A DNA stretch of 64,000 nucleotides from the human T2T-CHM13v2.0 reference genome, Homo sapiens. The notes beneath the pieces were generated by a model. That model was not told the origin of the DNA. It was given only the letters and a program-made list of their open reading frames with translations, and ran no database searches. This document shows positions 43,044 through 58,107 of this stretch, piece by piece (within the stretch, counting starts at the first letter, position 1; each line of letters begins with the position of its first letter). Where the stretch lies: assembly GCF_009914755.1 (NCBI RefSeq), contig NC_060933.1; one strand, given 5' to 3'. The translations under genes were made by a program, and so were the position numbers.

Positions 43044-44639
43044 GTAAGCTATTTATTTCTTTGTTTTCTACCTCAGCCTCTTAACTACTTTGGTAGAAAA
43101 TAGAAATATAAAGAAGAAAATAAATTATATTTTCACAAGCTATATCCTCAAGGAAGACTGTTAATTTTTGCCTTAAAATTTCTTATAATTATATTTGCCC
43201 CTCCCCTCATTTCATCACTGTTGGCATTTGAAGTTGAGACCTTTTTTCTATGCATATGTATATAAACATATGCAGTTAAATTTTACCAGCTGAATATGAA
43301 ACCTTTTAGTAATGGAATTTGTTCTCATTACATTTATCATCTTCACTGGTATGTTTGGTCTTACTGTTCTCATCTGTTCTGTCTTTCTTGAAATTCATTC
43401 TTTCTTGTTTTCTCTCTTTGCTACACGAACTATGTTTTCTTTGGTTATCTTCACCCTTGTTTTGATGGTATACGTTACATTTTCACTTCCACAGTTGTTT
43501 TCAGAAAATATTCTTTAGACTACTGTGATTATTAAAGTCAGAAATAAGATGATATATGTTGAGTTCTTCCCTGCCTCCCTTAAATTTAACATAAACTTTC
43601 CTTCCTTTCATCCCCTACTCTCTTCTGCTCCCTCCCACTTTTCGCCCTTGTTAAATAGTCTGAGCTTTTGTACTCGGGTTATAATTAAAGTTAAAATATT
43701 GCTTTCACCTGCTGTATCTTTTTAAAACTCTTGTTTATCTTTGCCTTAAAAACTTTTATAATTATATTTACATTTACGTTTTCCTGGACTAGTTTTAGTA
43801 GGAACTACTGGTCCTTTTTCCATAAAGTAGTACAGAACTGCTAGTAAGGAAAACTAAATCAGTTATTTGGAAATAAATTTGAAGAAGTCTTCCTGAATGT
43901 AAAGGAAAATTACCAAAAAAGTAAACTGTTAAGTTAGAAGATGACAGCAGAAGAATAAACAATGACCTTAGGAGAAAAAAACCAATGGAACAGAAACAAT
44001 AATCAAATACAGAAATAAAAAATTTTAGAATTGAAAAAGATTCCCCCAAAAGATCATAGGCAAATTTAATTAAGATTCAGAATTAGACAAAACTTTAAAA
44101 CTCTAGATATGAATAGTGTTATAATGATTAAATTAGATCACATCTATAAAGGACTTAGCACAGTTCCTAATACAAATTTAAATTTTAATAATAAATACTG
44201 TCTACCATGGCTATTGTGAACAGCTTCCTCCTTGACATCATTATTTCAATTTCATTCTATTTTTTTAACTTCAGCTTTTCTCCTATAATTCATTTCTGTA
44301 TGTAGGAAACATATTTTCTTCCATTTTCTGAATATATTAAACATTTTTCCAGACAATTTTCTTGTGCCTGCAAGACTTCAAAATGGAAACATTCCCTTGC
44401 TCTAAAATGTTTTTCACCAATTTCTGGTAGTTTTGATTTGTTTCCTCCTCTTCAACAGATGGAAAATTTGTACTTGGTATTTGCCAACAAATAGGTAATG
44501 GAATTTGCCTTTGATCTCATTAACTCTTGAGTGCAGATGTTGATGTACATCGACTTTGCTTCAGTTTTTTATATCCCAGACATTTATCATATCAGCCACA
44601 CACACACATGTCTCTACTCTGAATCATCCATTTTTTCAC

Positions 44640-45120
44640 TGTGACCTACAAGGCCTTACAGTGTGGTCTGGTCCGCAGCTACCTCTCTGCCCACATCTCT
44701 ACCACTTTCCGCATTGCTCATTGCAGTAGCCACAATGGTCTTCTTTCTCTCATACTAGGCATGGTTCTACCTCAGTCTCTTTGAACTTTGCCTGGGACAC
44801 TCTTTCCTTAGATAGTGTCATAGATTGCTCTCTGTCTTTGATTCCATTGCTCAGATATCATCTTACTAATACCAGTGAGGCCTTGCTTACCCATCTTATA
44901 TAAAATTGCAAAGCTTTCCCTACCCAGACACTCTATATCCTTCTTACCAGGAGATCATTTTTTCTTTAGACTTAATATACTGTATTTTTCCTTGTTTTCT
45001 TATTTTTTTGTTTCCCTATTATTATATAAGTTCCATGAACAGCAAGAGTAAGAACTTGGCTTTGTTTACTGTTCTATCTCCAGCTAGAACAATAGGTGCT
45101 GTAGCATTCAAAATGCTGAA
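44640..45120 (+). mobile_element. L2 3' fragment
   Basis: gacctacaaggcctt..cagtgaggccttgcttaccc..tataagttccatgaacagcaagag..tttgtttactgttctatctccagc. Confidence 0.75.
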
Positions 45121-45800
45121 TGGGTTGAAAGTAGGTATATAAGTCAGCTCTCATATGTGGAGGTAGGTTTGTCTCCCTCTTCAGTCTGGTTCTTTGAATC
45201 TCTCAACCGGTGTTGGAGATTTAAAAATGCTTATCCCTAGCACCCACCACTATCAGAGATTTCCTCTTTGTTCCTCCCTTTGGTGGGAACTGTTCTTTTG
45301 ATTTGCATTTATTCATTGTACAAATACTTAATCAACTGCATTACTGTGTCAGTGCAAGTCACAGAGGTATCTGTGATGAGTACAACAGAGAAGATCCTTG
45401 CCCTCTTTAAGCTTCATTGATGTTTTCTGTGATGCTTATTTCCTTCCTCCAGCCTCCTCAGCTTAAATGCTGAGGCTCTTTCTTTGTGGTCAATTCCTGT
45501 CAGGGGTGTATGTTTCTACTGGCTCGCTCTTAGCTTCATAGTCAATAATAAATACATTTGAAGGAAGCTTATTTGATACACTGAAGGATTTATAAATGCT
45601 TAATGTGGAGGATGATAATAGAGCAATGGACACTTTCTTTATGCTGGCAAAAAGTTATAGCTATGTACTTCCCAGCCAAATGGATTGTCACTGCATTAGT
45701 CCCATGATGATCTGTAGGAAGGGTCAAGAAAATTGAGAATTTATGTTACACATTTTCTTATCCTAATTATTGCATTAACAGTTGGGTCTTTTGTCTCCAG

Positions 45801-45940
45801 GAGGCACAGGTGTACTATGGTGGCTGTATGCAAAGCAAAGAAGGTCTCCCAAAGAAACTGTTACTCCTGAGCAGCTTCAGATAGCTGAAGACAATCTTCG
45901 GGCCCTCCTCATTTATGCCATTTCAGCTACAGTGTTCACA
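45801..45940 (+). CDS. SLC44A1: SLC44A1 exon 8 (140 nt): [47 protein letters not shown]
   Basis: Acceptor tcttttgtctccag|GA, donor ACA|gtgagt; within ORF 45782..46000. Confidence 0.97.
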
Positions 45941-46380
45941 GTGAGTTTAGGCTTTGGCGTGTCTTTCGGTTTTGTGTTTTTGTTTGCAGGAGATCATTAA
46001 TGGAGCAGAAACTCAAATCTAGCTTTTGCATTCCTAACCCTGATCTCCAGTAGATAATATCTCTGTGCCATAGTGTATGAAACACTAAAAAGTCTCTTGA
46101 AGGCTTCCCTCATGGATGAGTGCTATTTGATGAAACATTTTTTCTACCCTGTCTGCTTTTTGAGAGAGGATTTTCACCTAGAATATTTACATTACCATTT
46201 GCTTACAAGAACATATTTCTTATTGTCATAAGATAATTACTTTTTAAAAATGGTTCCCTTTACTGTAGAAAAGTATGTTAAAAAATATATCATTCCATTT
46301 ACTTGTTTGCTAATTATCTTCCCATTTGTCTTTCAAACTTTTCATTTAACTTTATGGCGTTATTTCAAAAATATAGGTGT

Positions 46381-46640
46381 GGTCAGGTACAGTGGCTTAT
46401 GCCTATAATGCAAGCACTTTGGGAGACTGAAGTGGGAGGATCACTTGAGCCCACGAGTTCTAGACCAACCTGGGCAAGATAGTGAGACCCTGTCTTCACA
46501 AAAAATTAAAATCAGCTGAGCATGCTGGTGTGCACCTGTGGTCCCAGCTACTCGGGAGGCAGAGGTGGGAGGGTCACCTGAGCCATGATTGTGTCACTGC
46601 ATTACAGCCTAGGCAACTGAGTGAGACCTTGTCTCCAAAA
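46381..46640 (+). mobile_element. AluJ with an internal deletion
   Basis: Diverged sense dimer. Confidence 0.88.
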
Positions 46641-46702
46641 TATATATGTGTGTTTGTGTGTGCGTGTGTGTGCGCGCGCGCGCGTGTGTGTGTGTGTGTG
46701 TG
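46641..46702. repeat. (TA)/(TG)n(CG)6(TG)n alternating purine-pyrimidine repeat
   Basis: Perfect alternation 46655-46702; (CG)6 at 46673-46684. Confidence 0.95.
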
Positions 46703-47430
46703 AGATTTGCTGCTTAGGTATTAAGCAATAAAATTACCAATTAACATGTGGTTAAATAATTTATATGTATACCTTTGGTTCATCATCGTCTTCTCTCTGA
46801 AAAAAGAAAAAAAATCAGTCTACTTCTAAGAGCAATCCCAAGCTTTTTATTGAGCATCAGAAACAAAAAATAAAGCCATCATAAAACCATTGGTGCCAAA
46901 AGATATTTGTTAGTTATTGTTATACAGATATTACAACAAAATATGAATGAAATCTCATTTTAGGTACAATTTGCTGTGCCAGCTGCTGAAGATGGGATGT
47001 GGGGGTGGGAGGAGGCAAAGGGTGAATCTGACACAGATCCCACTTTTAAGGAGCTGTTGGTCTAATAAGGAAGATACAAATAAAAACCTCGTTTTTGTGG
47101 TGTATCTGTTTAAATAAATAAAGAGTCTCATCCTGACTGACAGTATGTTTTGGTTCATAATGAGTGGCAAAGGGAAAAGGAAAAAAATTCTAGAATGTAT
47201 TAATAAGTTGAGAAATCCTTTTATGTTTTGCTTTAAAGGTCACTTGGTAACCATAATATAAAATTGACAATAAATATTGCAAGAGAGATACTTACTGATA
47301 AAGTATTATTGAAATTCAAAGAATGCTACCTCCAGGTTTGGGGCTGAAGGGTTATGTTAAAAATTTCTACTATTTTCGGTTTCTGTTTTCACTACTTATA
47401 ATAATAACTGAAACCATTCTCTCCATACAG

Positions 47431-47617
47431 GTGATCTTATTCCTGATAATGTTGGTTATGCGCAAACGTGTTGCTCTTACCATCGCCTTGTTCCACGTAG
47501 CTGGCAAGGTCTTCATTCACTTGCCACTGCTAGTCTTCCAACCCTTCTGGACTTTCTTTGCTCTTGTCTTGTTTTGGGTGTACTGGATCATGACACTTCT
47601 TTTTCTTGGCACTACCG
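47431..47617 (+). CDS. SLC44A1: SLC44A1 exon 9 (187 nt): [62 protein letters not shown](G)
   Basis: Acceptor ttctctccatacag|GTG, donor ACCG|gtaaga. Confidence 0.97.
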
Positions 47618-47780
47618 GTAAGAAGATAAGCTTCTTTCTCTTAGTGACAAACGTGATTTGCATTCCAGTATTTTAGAACATCAGAGAGAGGTAATTCTTC
47701 AGACATTTGTTGATGAAGGTCCAATAGCCATCAGAACTTGTAGTGGTTATGGCTCCTCAACAACCTACTTCATATTCGTC

Positions 47781-48390
<610 letters not shown>

Positions 48391-49164
48391 TAGAACATCC
48401 TAGCAATGTAAGTCTAGATCAGGGAAGGCCTGAAATTGCACTCTAATTTTGAAATGATCATGAATTTGAAGTAAGTTCCAATACTGACTCAGACATTTAG
48501 ATTCATTCTAAGATGAACCAGTGAATGCAATGTCACTCAGGAGTTACCTCAAATCCCAGGTATAGCCAAGGATCTACTTACTTCCTTGGGATTTTCTGGT
48601 TTCGAAATGATCTGACCCTAGCTAGAGCTCCAACTGATGATATAGTTCATAGTTAGACACTCAGACTTTCTTACAGCCGTACTGAGTATCAAAGGTTAAG
48701 CTTAAATGGAACTAATTGTAAAGAGTATCATAAGGATAGTAAACTTTTATGTAACTATGTAACTTATCTGTCCATTCAGCACACACACTTAGCAACTGAA
48801 TATAATAATAATTTCTGTACTTTGCTAAGAAATCTGTAATGATTGGATAAATAATAGGCCTTGAAAAAAACTGAAGTGTTTGAAAATTCATGCTTAAATA
48901 ATTGATAATATAAGAAGAGTTTTATTAAATATAACAACTTTTAAAAGCTTTATATGATGCCTTTGAGGACATCAAAATGCATAATAGTACAATTCTTAAT
49001 TTCACAACTTTTCAAGTGATAGTTATTTTTGTCCCTTTATGAAATACCACACAGATCAGAAGGTTTGTGGCTTGGGGTAGGGACCTATTGCCTTCTACTT
49101 AACTGCCGTATTTCTGGATTTGTACTTTATGTGCTTCTTCTTTCCTTCCTTGATATTTTCCTAG

Positions 49165-49330
49165 GCAGTCCTGTTCAGAATGAGCAAGGCTTTGTGGAGT
49201 TCAAAATTTCTGGGCCTCTGCAGTACATGTGGTGGTACCATGTGGTGGGCCTGATTTGGATCAGTGAATTTATTCTAGCATGTCAGCAGATGACAGTGGC
49301 AGGAGCTGTGGTAACATACTATTTTACTAG
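49165..49330 (+). CDS. SLC44A1: SLC44A1 exon 10 (166 nt): [55 protein letters not shown](R)
   Basis: Acceptor atattttcctag|GC, donor ACTAG|gtaaga; CTL-family motif W..F..AC..M.VAGAV..YYF. Confidence 0.97.
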
Positions 49331-50092
49331 GTAAGAATATGTTGTTATTAGAAAACTCGAGTTCATCTAAGGGATGGTGTCCGCAGGCTGGAGGGGAAGG
49401 GAATCAGACTGGGGCTGGCAGGAGTTTCATTTCTTTAACAAAAGAATTAGAAATGAATATGACAGAGTGTTATATATAGTTGATAATTCTGGGAGGTGGT
49501 CAAATGAGAGATTGTTGTTTTATTCTTTATACTTTTCTGCAGTTGTCTCATAAAATTTATTGCGATGTCACAAATTGTATTTAGCAGAAGAATAAATCTT
49601 ATAGTGGTGCCATATGTACTTTTGCTTTATATAAAAGTCCATCAAAGGACAACAAGTCTTTTTAGTTTGTTTAGACCGGAACAAGTGTGAGTTCCCTTTG
49701 CTAACTTTAGAGCCAAATATGAAAGCTTTAGGTCTCATAATTTTCTATTATAATTAGATGCCAAGTCTAAATTTAACATCTTTTTAAATTCTGTTTTCTG
49801 ATGACCCCATAAGTATTCACTAATAAAAGCTTTCAGAGCACAGTTTTATTTAACTTGAAGTATTAGAGCATCAGAACCCCATGAAACTACCATAGAGCAA
49901 TGACATTAATTTTATATAGCATGTCTGTAGCATTTGTAATAGTTATATATCACTTGGCCATTTTGTCATAAAGCTAAAATAAGAATGATGAGCTGATTTT
50001 TTTTTTCACTGCGTTGGACTCTAAACCATACCTGTGTTTCCATCCTGATCTAGGCTTTGTTTTAATTGTCTTTTTGGTCATTTTTTAAATAG

Positions 50093-50249
50093 GGATAAAA
50101 GGAATTTGCCATTTACACCTATTTTGGCATCAGTAAATCGCCTTATTCGTTACCACCTAGGTACGGTGGCAAAAGGATCTTTCATTATCACATTAGTCAA
50201 AATTCCGCGAATGATCCTTATGTATATTCACAGTCAGCTCAAAGGAAAG
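50093..50249 (+). CDS. SLC44A1: SLC44A1 exon 11 (157 nt): [53 protein letters not shown]
   Basis: Acceptor ttttttaaatag|G, donor AAG|gtaagg; conserved CTL motif [11 protein letters not shown]. Confidence 0.97.
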
Positions 50250-50955
50250 GTAAGGGGAAAATGCATTTCTGTACTTTCTGTGGGCACATTCCAGACCTCA
50301 GTTCTGCATGTAGTAAAGCACCCAATAATGTTAAATACAAAGTTGTGTTTTCTTCAAAGTCTTTACAAGGCAAAATCCAGCCCTTCTCCCTTGTCTCCCA
50401 CTCATGCACTCCATATGCTCTGGCAAAATTCATCCAGTCACTAGTAACTAAAAGTATCCTGTGCTGCTCTTCCTCTCTGTTGACTCACATACCTTCCTCC
50501 TTAGAACTTCTTCCCTTCCTTGACTGTGGGAATAACATGCACTTCAACTAGTTTAGCTCAAATTCTACTCCTTTGTAGAAACCTTTCCTGATTCCTCCCA
50601 TCTCCCAAACAATGCTGTCTCTTTGTTCTCCACTCTCATAACACTTAGTATCTATACTATATTCTGATTCTAACCTTTTTTGTGTTTGGTATTTTTTTTC
50701 TCCTACTAGATTGTAAGTTCCTTGCAGGTGTTATAAACTTCACTGTATATGCAGTAGAGACTAAATAAATATTTAATTGAACTTATTAAAAATAATTCAG
50801 TCATTATGTTTTAAGGAGAAAGTGGACAAGTATGGAGGCTTTGAAGCATAAATTGTGATTTTTAAATTTTTATTTATTTTTCTAACGTTTGAAGTCTTCT
50901 ATGTGACAGTTTGATTCTTTGGTTTTTTTATTATTTCCATTTTTCCCCCATCCAG

Positions 50956-51039
50956 GAAAATGCTTGTGCACGATGTGTGCTGAAATCTTGCATTTGTTGC
51001 CTTTGGTGTCTTGAAAAGTGCCTAAATTATTTAAATCAG
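50956..51039 (+). CDS. SLC44A1: SLC44A1 exon 12 (84 nt): [28 protein letters not shown]
   Basis: Acceptor ttttcccccatccag|GAA, donor CAG|gtaaaa; CTL Cys-rich segment; phase 0-0. Confidence 0.96.
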
Positions 51040-53365
51040 GTAAAATATTTTAAAAATAAATCTAATATTTACTTTCAAAGATAGGTTCATTGTTTCTTCT
51101 CCCAAGATAAACTTAATTGAAAGATGTTATGTTTTTCTTGTGGTATTGTACATTGTGCCTTGATAAAGTATGTCTATTTCAATCATATTCTTATTTTTTA
51201 AATTAATGTATATGCTTACCAAGGCTCATTATTATTTTAATTTTTTCCAACTTTTAGGTTTAGGGAGTACATGTACAGATTTGTTACATATGTTATTATT
51301 TTTATTTTAATAAATAGATAAAACATCACTCTGGTTCGTCTTTCAGGAAAAACATTTATCTCTCATCCCTTAATTCACATTCCTTCATTTTTTAAGTTTT
51401 TCCTAAGAATCTGACTACTGTGGCTATGATTACCCTTTCATTTTTAAAAATGTTGTTTGAAAACTTCAGTGTAAAGCTGTTGTGACACTTTATCCCTCTT
51501 TGCAACTAGCTACTATCATTCGAACTAGTGTGCTCTCTATGCTGATACTTTTTTTTTTTTTGACCCAACTGCTAAACACTATGATATTGGCCTGGGAAAT
51601 ATTATCAAAGGAAGTACTACTTAATAAGGTTGAATGGAAGAATTGATATTTATAGGATAAAAGGGCCTAGGTGAATGGGTTAGTCCTCTATCTTTCTATA
51701 TCTGAGGATCTGGGAGTCTCTGTGGGGCACTCCTTCCTTCTTTTCTTTATTTTTTTAAGTTACTTTTCCATTCCCTAAAAATCAATTCTAATGTATTAAT
51801 GCCCTCATCTAATAGGCCAGAGATAAAATTGACTTTCTCACCATTTACTGCTAAGTGATTGAAGAGTAGCATTGCACTTTCCATTCACTCCAAGATAGTC
51901 ACAGGTTGATAGTTCTATGCCCATGGTATTGAGCATGCCTGGACTTTGCTTTATTGGGTTCTATGGTTAATATGAGAAAGTAGGTATGATGTTTCATTAG
52001 CAAAATACATTCTTATAGGTCATAATATTCCCTATGGATGTACAAGTGTTTGGAAGCTCATTCTTAAAATAATTTGTAAGGCCATAACAACCTGAAAAAT
52101 TGTGTTCTTTAAAATTGGTTTGAGGCCAAGTCATCTTTATCAGAAAGGTAATGGATACACTAAAGATGATCATAATTGCATTTTTATACCCATCACTAAA
52201 TAGCTTATCCTCGGAGAGATGTGCTAAGCCCAGATCTCTAGTCTCAATCCTACTGCCGTACCCCCAGGCACCTTTTGCTTTTGCAGTTTTCCAAATGTGC
52301 CTGGAATCTGACTAGTTCCTACTGAACCTTAATGATTCTGCCTGAGCGTCACCTCCAAGAAGCCATCCCTCTTCACCCCAGCCCCTCTGCTGAGCTTCTA
52401 ACTCAGCAGAGTTAGAAGCTGAGGTCATACCTTAGTATTCAAATACTAACAACACTATATCGAAGTTATCTGTTAACTTTACCTTTAAACTTCTAGCTCC
52501 TTTAAAGTTCTTCTTTTTCTTGGTCTCCTCAGAAGCTAGCACAGTGCCCAGTATACAATAGGTGGTCCTTAAGTGTTTTCTGAATGAACTGTTAATTATA
52601 TTAGTGAATATTTAGACTCAAAAAGACTAACAGGGTGATACAAAACTATAAAAATCCTGAAAAGGAGATGTGCAGTTATACTGAAGGAAGAAAACAAGTC
52701 ATATGATATCAAGATAGTCGATAAAAGGTTAACAAATGGAAGGTTTTCAGCATATCCCAAGCTAAACATTAGTCAGTGATTTAGTACCAACAACCCTGAG
52801 ATGTTGGTCTTTTTTTTTTTTTACAGATTTTGTCCATTTTGGATCAGCATTTCGTAGGCACGATGTTTGAAGTTTTAAGTGGAACATTAAAATAGTAGTA
52901 AATCAAACATGTGAGGAAAGGCTTAGGGAGAGGTGTTCTGAACTCATACTTTGTAGTTCTATTTGGGAATACAAAGTGCTACAATGTGGGGACTGATCAC
53001 CTGCAGAGCTTCATGTCTCCTGGGCTCATAGGAAATGCCACACTTGAAATGTGGTCAACACAACTCTGTAAGGCTAGCATTATTTTCTCATCTGTTTCAT
53101 AGATGAGAAAATTGAGACTGGCATCTTGTGGCAAATCACGAGACCTAAAGGTGGAAGAAGTTTTCAAATCATTTTGCCTTGCTCTTTCCAGTATATCACA
53201 CTGCTGCCATTATATCACACTTATATACATATAAATATATATACATTTCTGAGTGGTGTAAGCAAACAAAAATATGGTTTATTATAGAAAATACGCACAC
53301 ATCTCAAATTGTAATGATTCATTCTGTAAACTACGACAATTATGTTTTTAAAGAAAATCTATTGA

Positions 53366-53660
<295 letters not shown>

Positions 53661-53775
53661 AAGCCTGTTGAAATTAAGATTTGCAACACACTTGTAATTT
53701 TTATGACCTTGAAAAAGTCTAAGAATTTAGAACAAAATTAGATAAAGCCTACAGTATGGGTTTGACTTTGTGCCC

Positions 53776-54172
53776 TGTCTTAATCTGTTCAGGCTTCTAT
53801 AACAAAATACCATACACTAGGTGGCTTCTAAACAACAGAAATTTATTTTTCATAGTTATGTAGTTGATGAGAACTATTCCAATAGTTCTAGAGGCTGGGA
53901 AATCCAAGAACAAGGCACCAGCAAATTCAGTGGTTTGTGCGGGCCTGTTTCCTGGTTCAGAGATGGTGCTTTCTTGCTGTGACTTCACATGGTGGAAGAG
54001 ACAAAACAGCTCTTTGGGGTATTTTTTTAAATAAGGGCACTAATCCATTCATGAGAGTAGAGCCCTCATGACCTAATCACCTCCTGAAGACCCTACCTAC
54101 TAATACCATTACCTTGCTGACTATGTTTCAACATACCAACTTTGAGAAGACACAAACATTCAGACCATAGCA
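53776..54172 (-). mobile_element. MLT1A-type MaLR solo LTR
   Basis: tgtcttaatctgttcaggcttctataacaaaatacc...acacaaacattcagaccatagca; 5-bp TSD TGCCC/TTCCC. Confidence 0.9.
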
Positions 54173-55871
54173 TTCCCCTTCTCTCCTTTGCCTCAAATAA
54201 GAAAGGAATAATTGTAATTACCCTTTCATTTCTTTAATTTATACGAATCCACACAGAACTGCACATACCCTATATTCCCTTAGCATTATTGTGTAGCTTG
54301 CCCCTATTAAGTGAGTCATTATGTGAATATTTTAAACTTTAAGAGAATTTCTGGGTCCTTCACTAGAGAAAGGAAAGAAGATGTGAAAATGAAGAAGTTG
54401 TATTCTGGGACAGATGGCCACACAGGCCTGTTCCATGCATGGTGACCCTCTGCCCTAACATATTTTCTTTCACATGATCAGTACTTTTTAACTATATCCC
54501 ATCACACAAAAGTACAACCAGGGATTGCGTAGGCTAACAGGCATCCTTTAAAAAGATTCCTGGATGGTGGTCATCCTTCACCTTGCTCCTGGGGGTTGAA
54601 TATTCTCAAGCTTGTGTCCTGCCCAAGCAAATGTTGAGCGTGGGCTAAATGTTAATCAGTGATGTCTGTCTGTGGGCAGTTTAACTCCAGATAAGGAAGG
54701 CTGTCTGAGAAGGTGGGTGGACTCTAAAAATCTCAACCAAGAAGTCTGAAGAAAGCTCAGAGAATAGTTATCAGGGAAAGCCACAAAGGACTCCGAAATT
54801 CTTAAGAACTTAAGCAAGAATTATTTTAGACTAGGAAGTATAGAAAAGGAGGGAATTTTCATTTGCCTGCTGTGATCTGCAGCACATTTTTCTTCCTGAA
54901 GAGGTCATCTTGACCTTTGTGTATCCAGTTCATCTTCCTACCTTGGGAGTGAGTGAAAGAGCTTGCAAAATATCCACCTACTTTTTTTCAGTTGGGTTGA
55001 ATACAAAGGAATTGCATAGATCCATAGAAATATTGCCTTTTAAAAGGCTAAATTTCTGGACATTCGACCCTCACAGAAATTTCTCAGAGGGGTGGAGAAA
55101 AGAAATTATTGCTGCTTATCTACCAACAAATAGACTTCTGCCCTAAAAGCAGATGGAATGGGGCAGGGTGGGGTGATAAGAAAGAAGCAAAAGAGGAATA
55201 ATAATAATTCTCAAATGAAATGAAGCTTCTAAAAACTAATGAGGGAAACAAAAAAAGCTTTTATAGTTTAGTTTGGAAGTGTTGGGCATTCTCCTCGTGT
55301 AAGGTGGTCTGATGATAACAGAGGAGAGAGAATGGAGACGTGTGGGTCCTTTCTTGCTTCCGTCTCAAGGAAATTCATGGTAAACTGGAAAGGGCAGAAC
55401 ACTTTAGTTAAGAGTGAGTTGTTCCCATTGAGGGCGGGAGTGAACATAAGCTAGTACCTAGTTGATTTAAATGGGTTGTCCAATTTCCTTGATTCTAGAC
55501 ATTATGAAGCTATTTAGTATCAGGATGTATCTCATAATCAATATGTGTATTTAATATGGTAGGATATTTTCTCCCAAAAACTTGTTATGAATAACTGGCT
55601 CATTAGTCTCTTGATTATATCTTAGAATGTGGGAAATAAGGTATTTCTCTTCAAAGGAGTTATATCCCAGATCACTGAAGACCTTTGTCAATTAAATTGT
55701 TGAACTGAAGAATTACAGTGAAAGATGCTGAAAGATTGGAAGTTGTGGAGGAAGTTACTAAAACTTGAAATGAGCAAATGTGGTTTGTATTTCCAGTAAG
55801 AGGGTGGGTTCCACATACAGTAGATGAGTGAGTAGATGAGGTTGATATTAATCCTTGGCAGTACTCTAGAA

Positions 55872-56402
<531 letters not shown>

Positions 56403-56840
56403 CTATAGAATAAATTGTTAACTGGGTGTTTTGTGAGTACTTAGGGAACTGGTGTGAACTGGGAACCAATCTGTGTTCTTTCAGAATAGAACTGGCTGGG
56501 GCAGTTCTTCTTCATTGTTTTTCAGCAAGGTTAATGTTACACAAGATCAAAAGTGTAGTTTATTTTTACTTCATTGAGGCACTTGGCAGAGTATTTCAAA
56601 AGAAGCTTTTGTAGAAGATGGAAAAAAAACACTTGGACCACTGCAGTTAGGTAGTTAACTGTGTGGTGCCTGCTATCTTTTATCTGATAAGAAGCACTGA
56701 CAGATGACAATATAAGGGAGCAAGAAGCAGGTGGATGCTAACAGAAACACTTAGTATGATTTCTTTAAGATGTTCTGTATTTTAGTTTTTGAGATAAAAA
56801 GACTTGCAAACATAATATAGTAATAATATTCTGATGATAA

Positions 56841-57200
<360 letters not shown>

Positions 57201-57230
57201 TCATACTGTGTTTCTTAAAGAGCACCATAA

Positions 57231-57655
<425 letters not shown>

Positions 57656-58107
57656 TCATATAATGGCAAGTTAAATTTTTGGTAATTCAAACCTCATCTT
57701 CATTACAGACTCCTAATAACTAACAAGCTTATAATTAGAATATTCGTAAATTGTAGACTATCTCTCCTGGGCTCAGTGGTTAAAGCTTTATAGACAACAC
57801 AGTATAAAGTAAGCCCTTTATCTCCAACAGTTTCCCAGCAATCTCAACATTTGGGACCTAGAAACAATTTAAGTCAGCACTAAACCCAAATTCCTCAGGA
57901 CCAAAAGTTTTAGTCACAAAGTTCATATACTTTTCCTTCCTAAGACTCAAACATATTTGATGTTATAATACTTTTTCACATTTCCCAGAAAACATCAATG
58001 CTGTTCTAGAATGTAACATAAAAAAGAATGGAAAAAAAAATCAGTCTATGACTAGTAGGTCAAAGAGCACATGGGGCAGCAGAAGCAGGTATAATTGAAT
58101 GAAAACG

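Noticed and set aside
55159-55173. G-quadruplex
   Set aside because: There are only three runs of three or more G.
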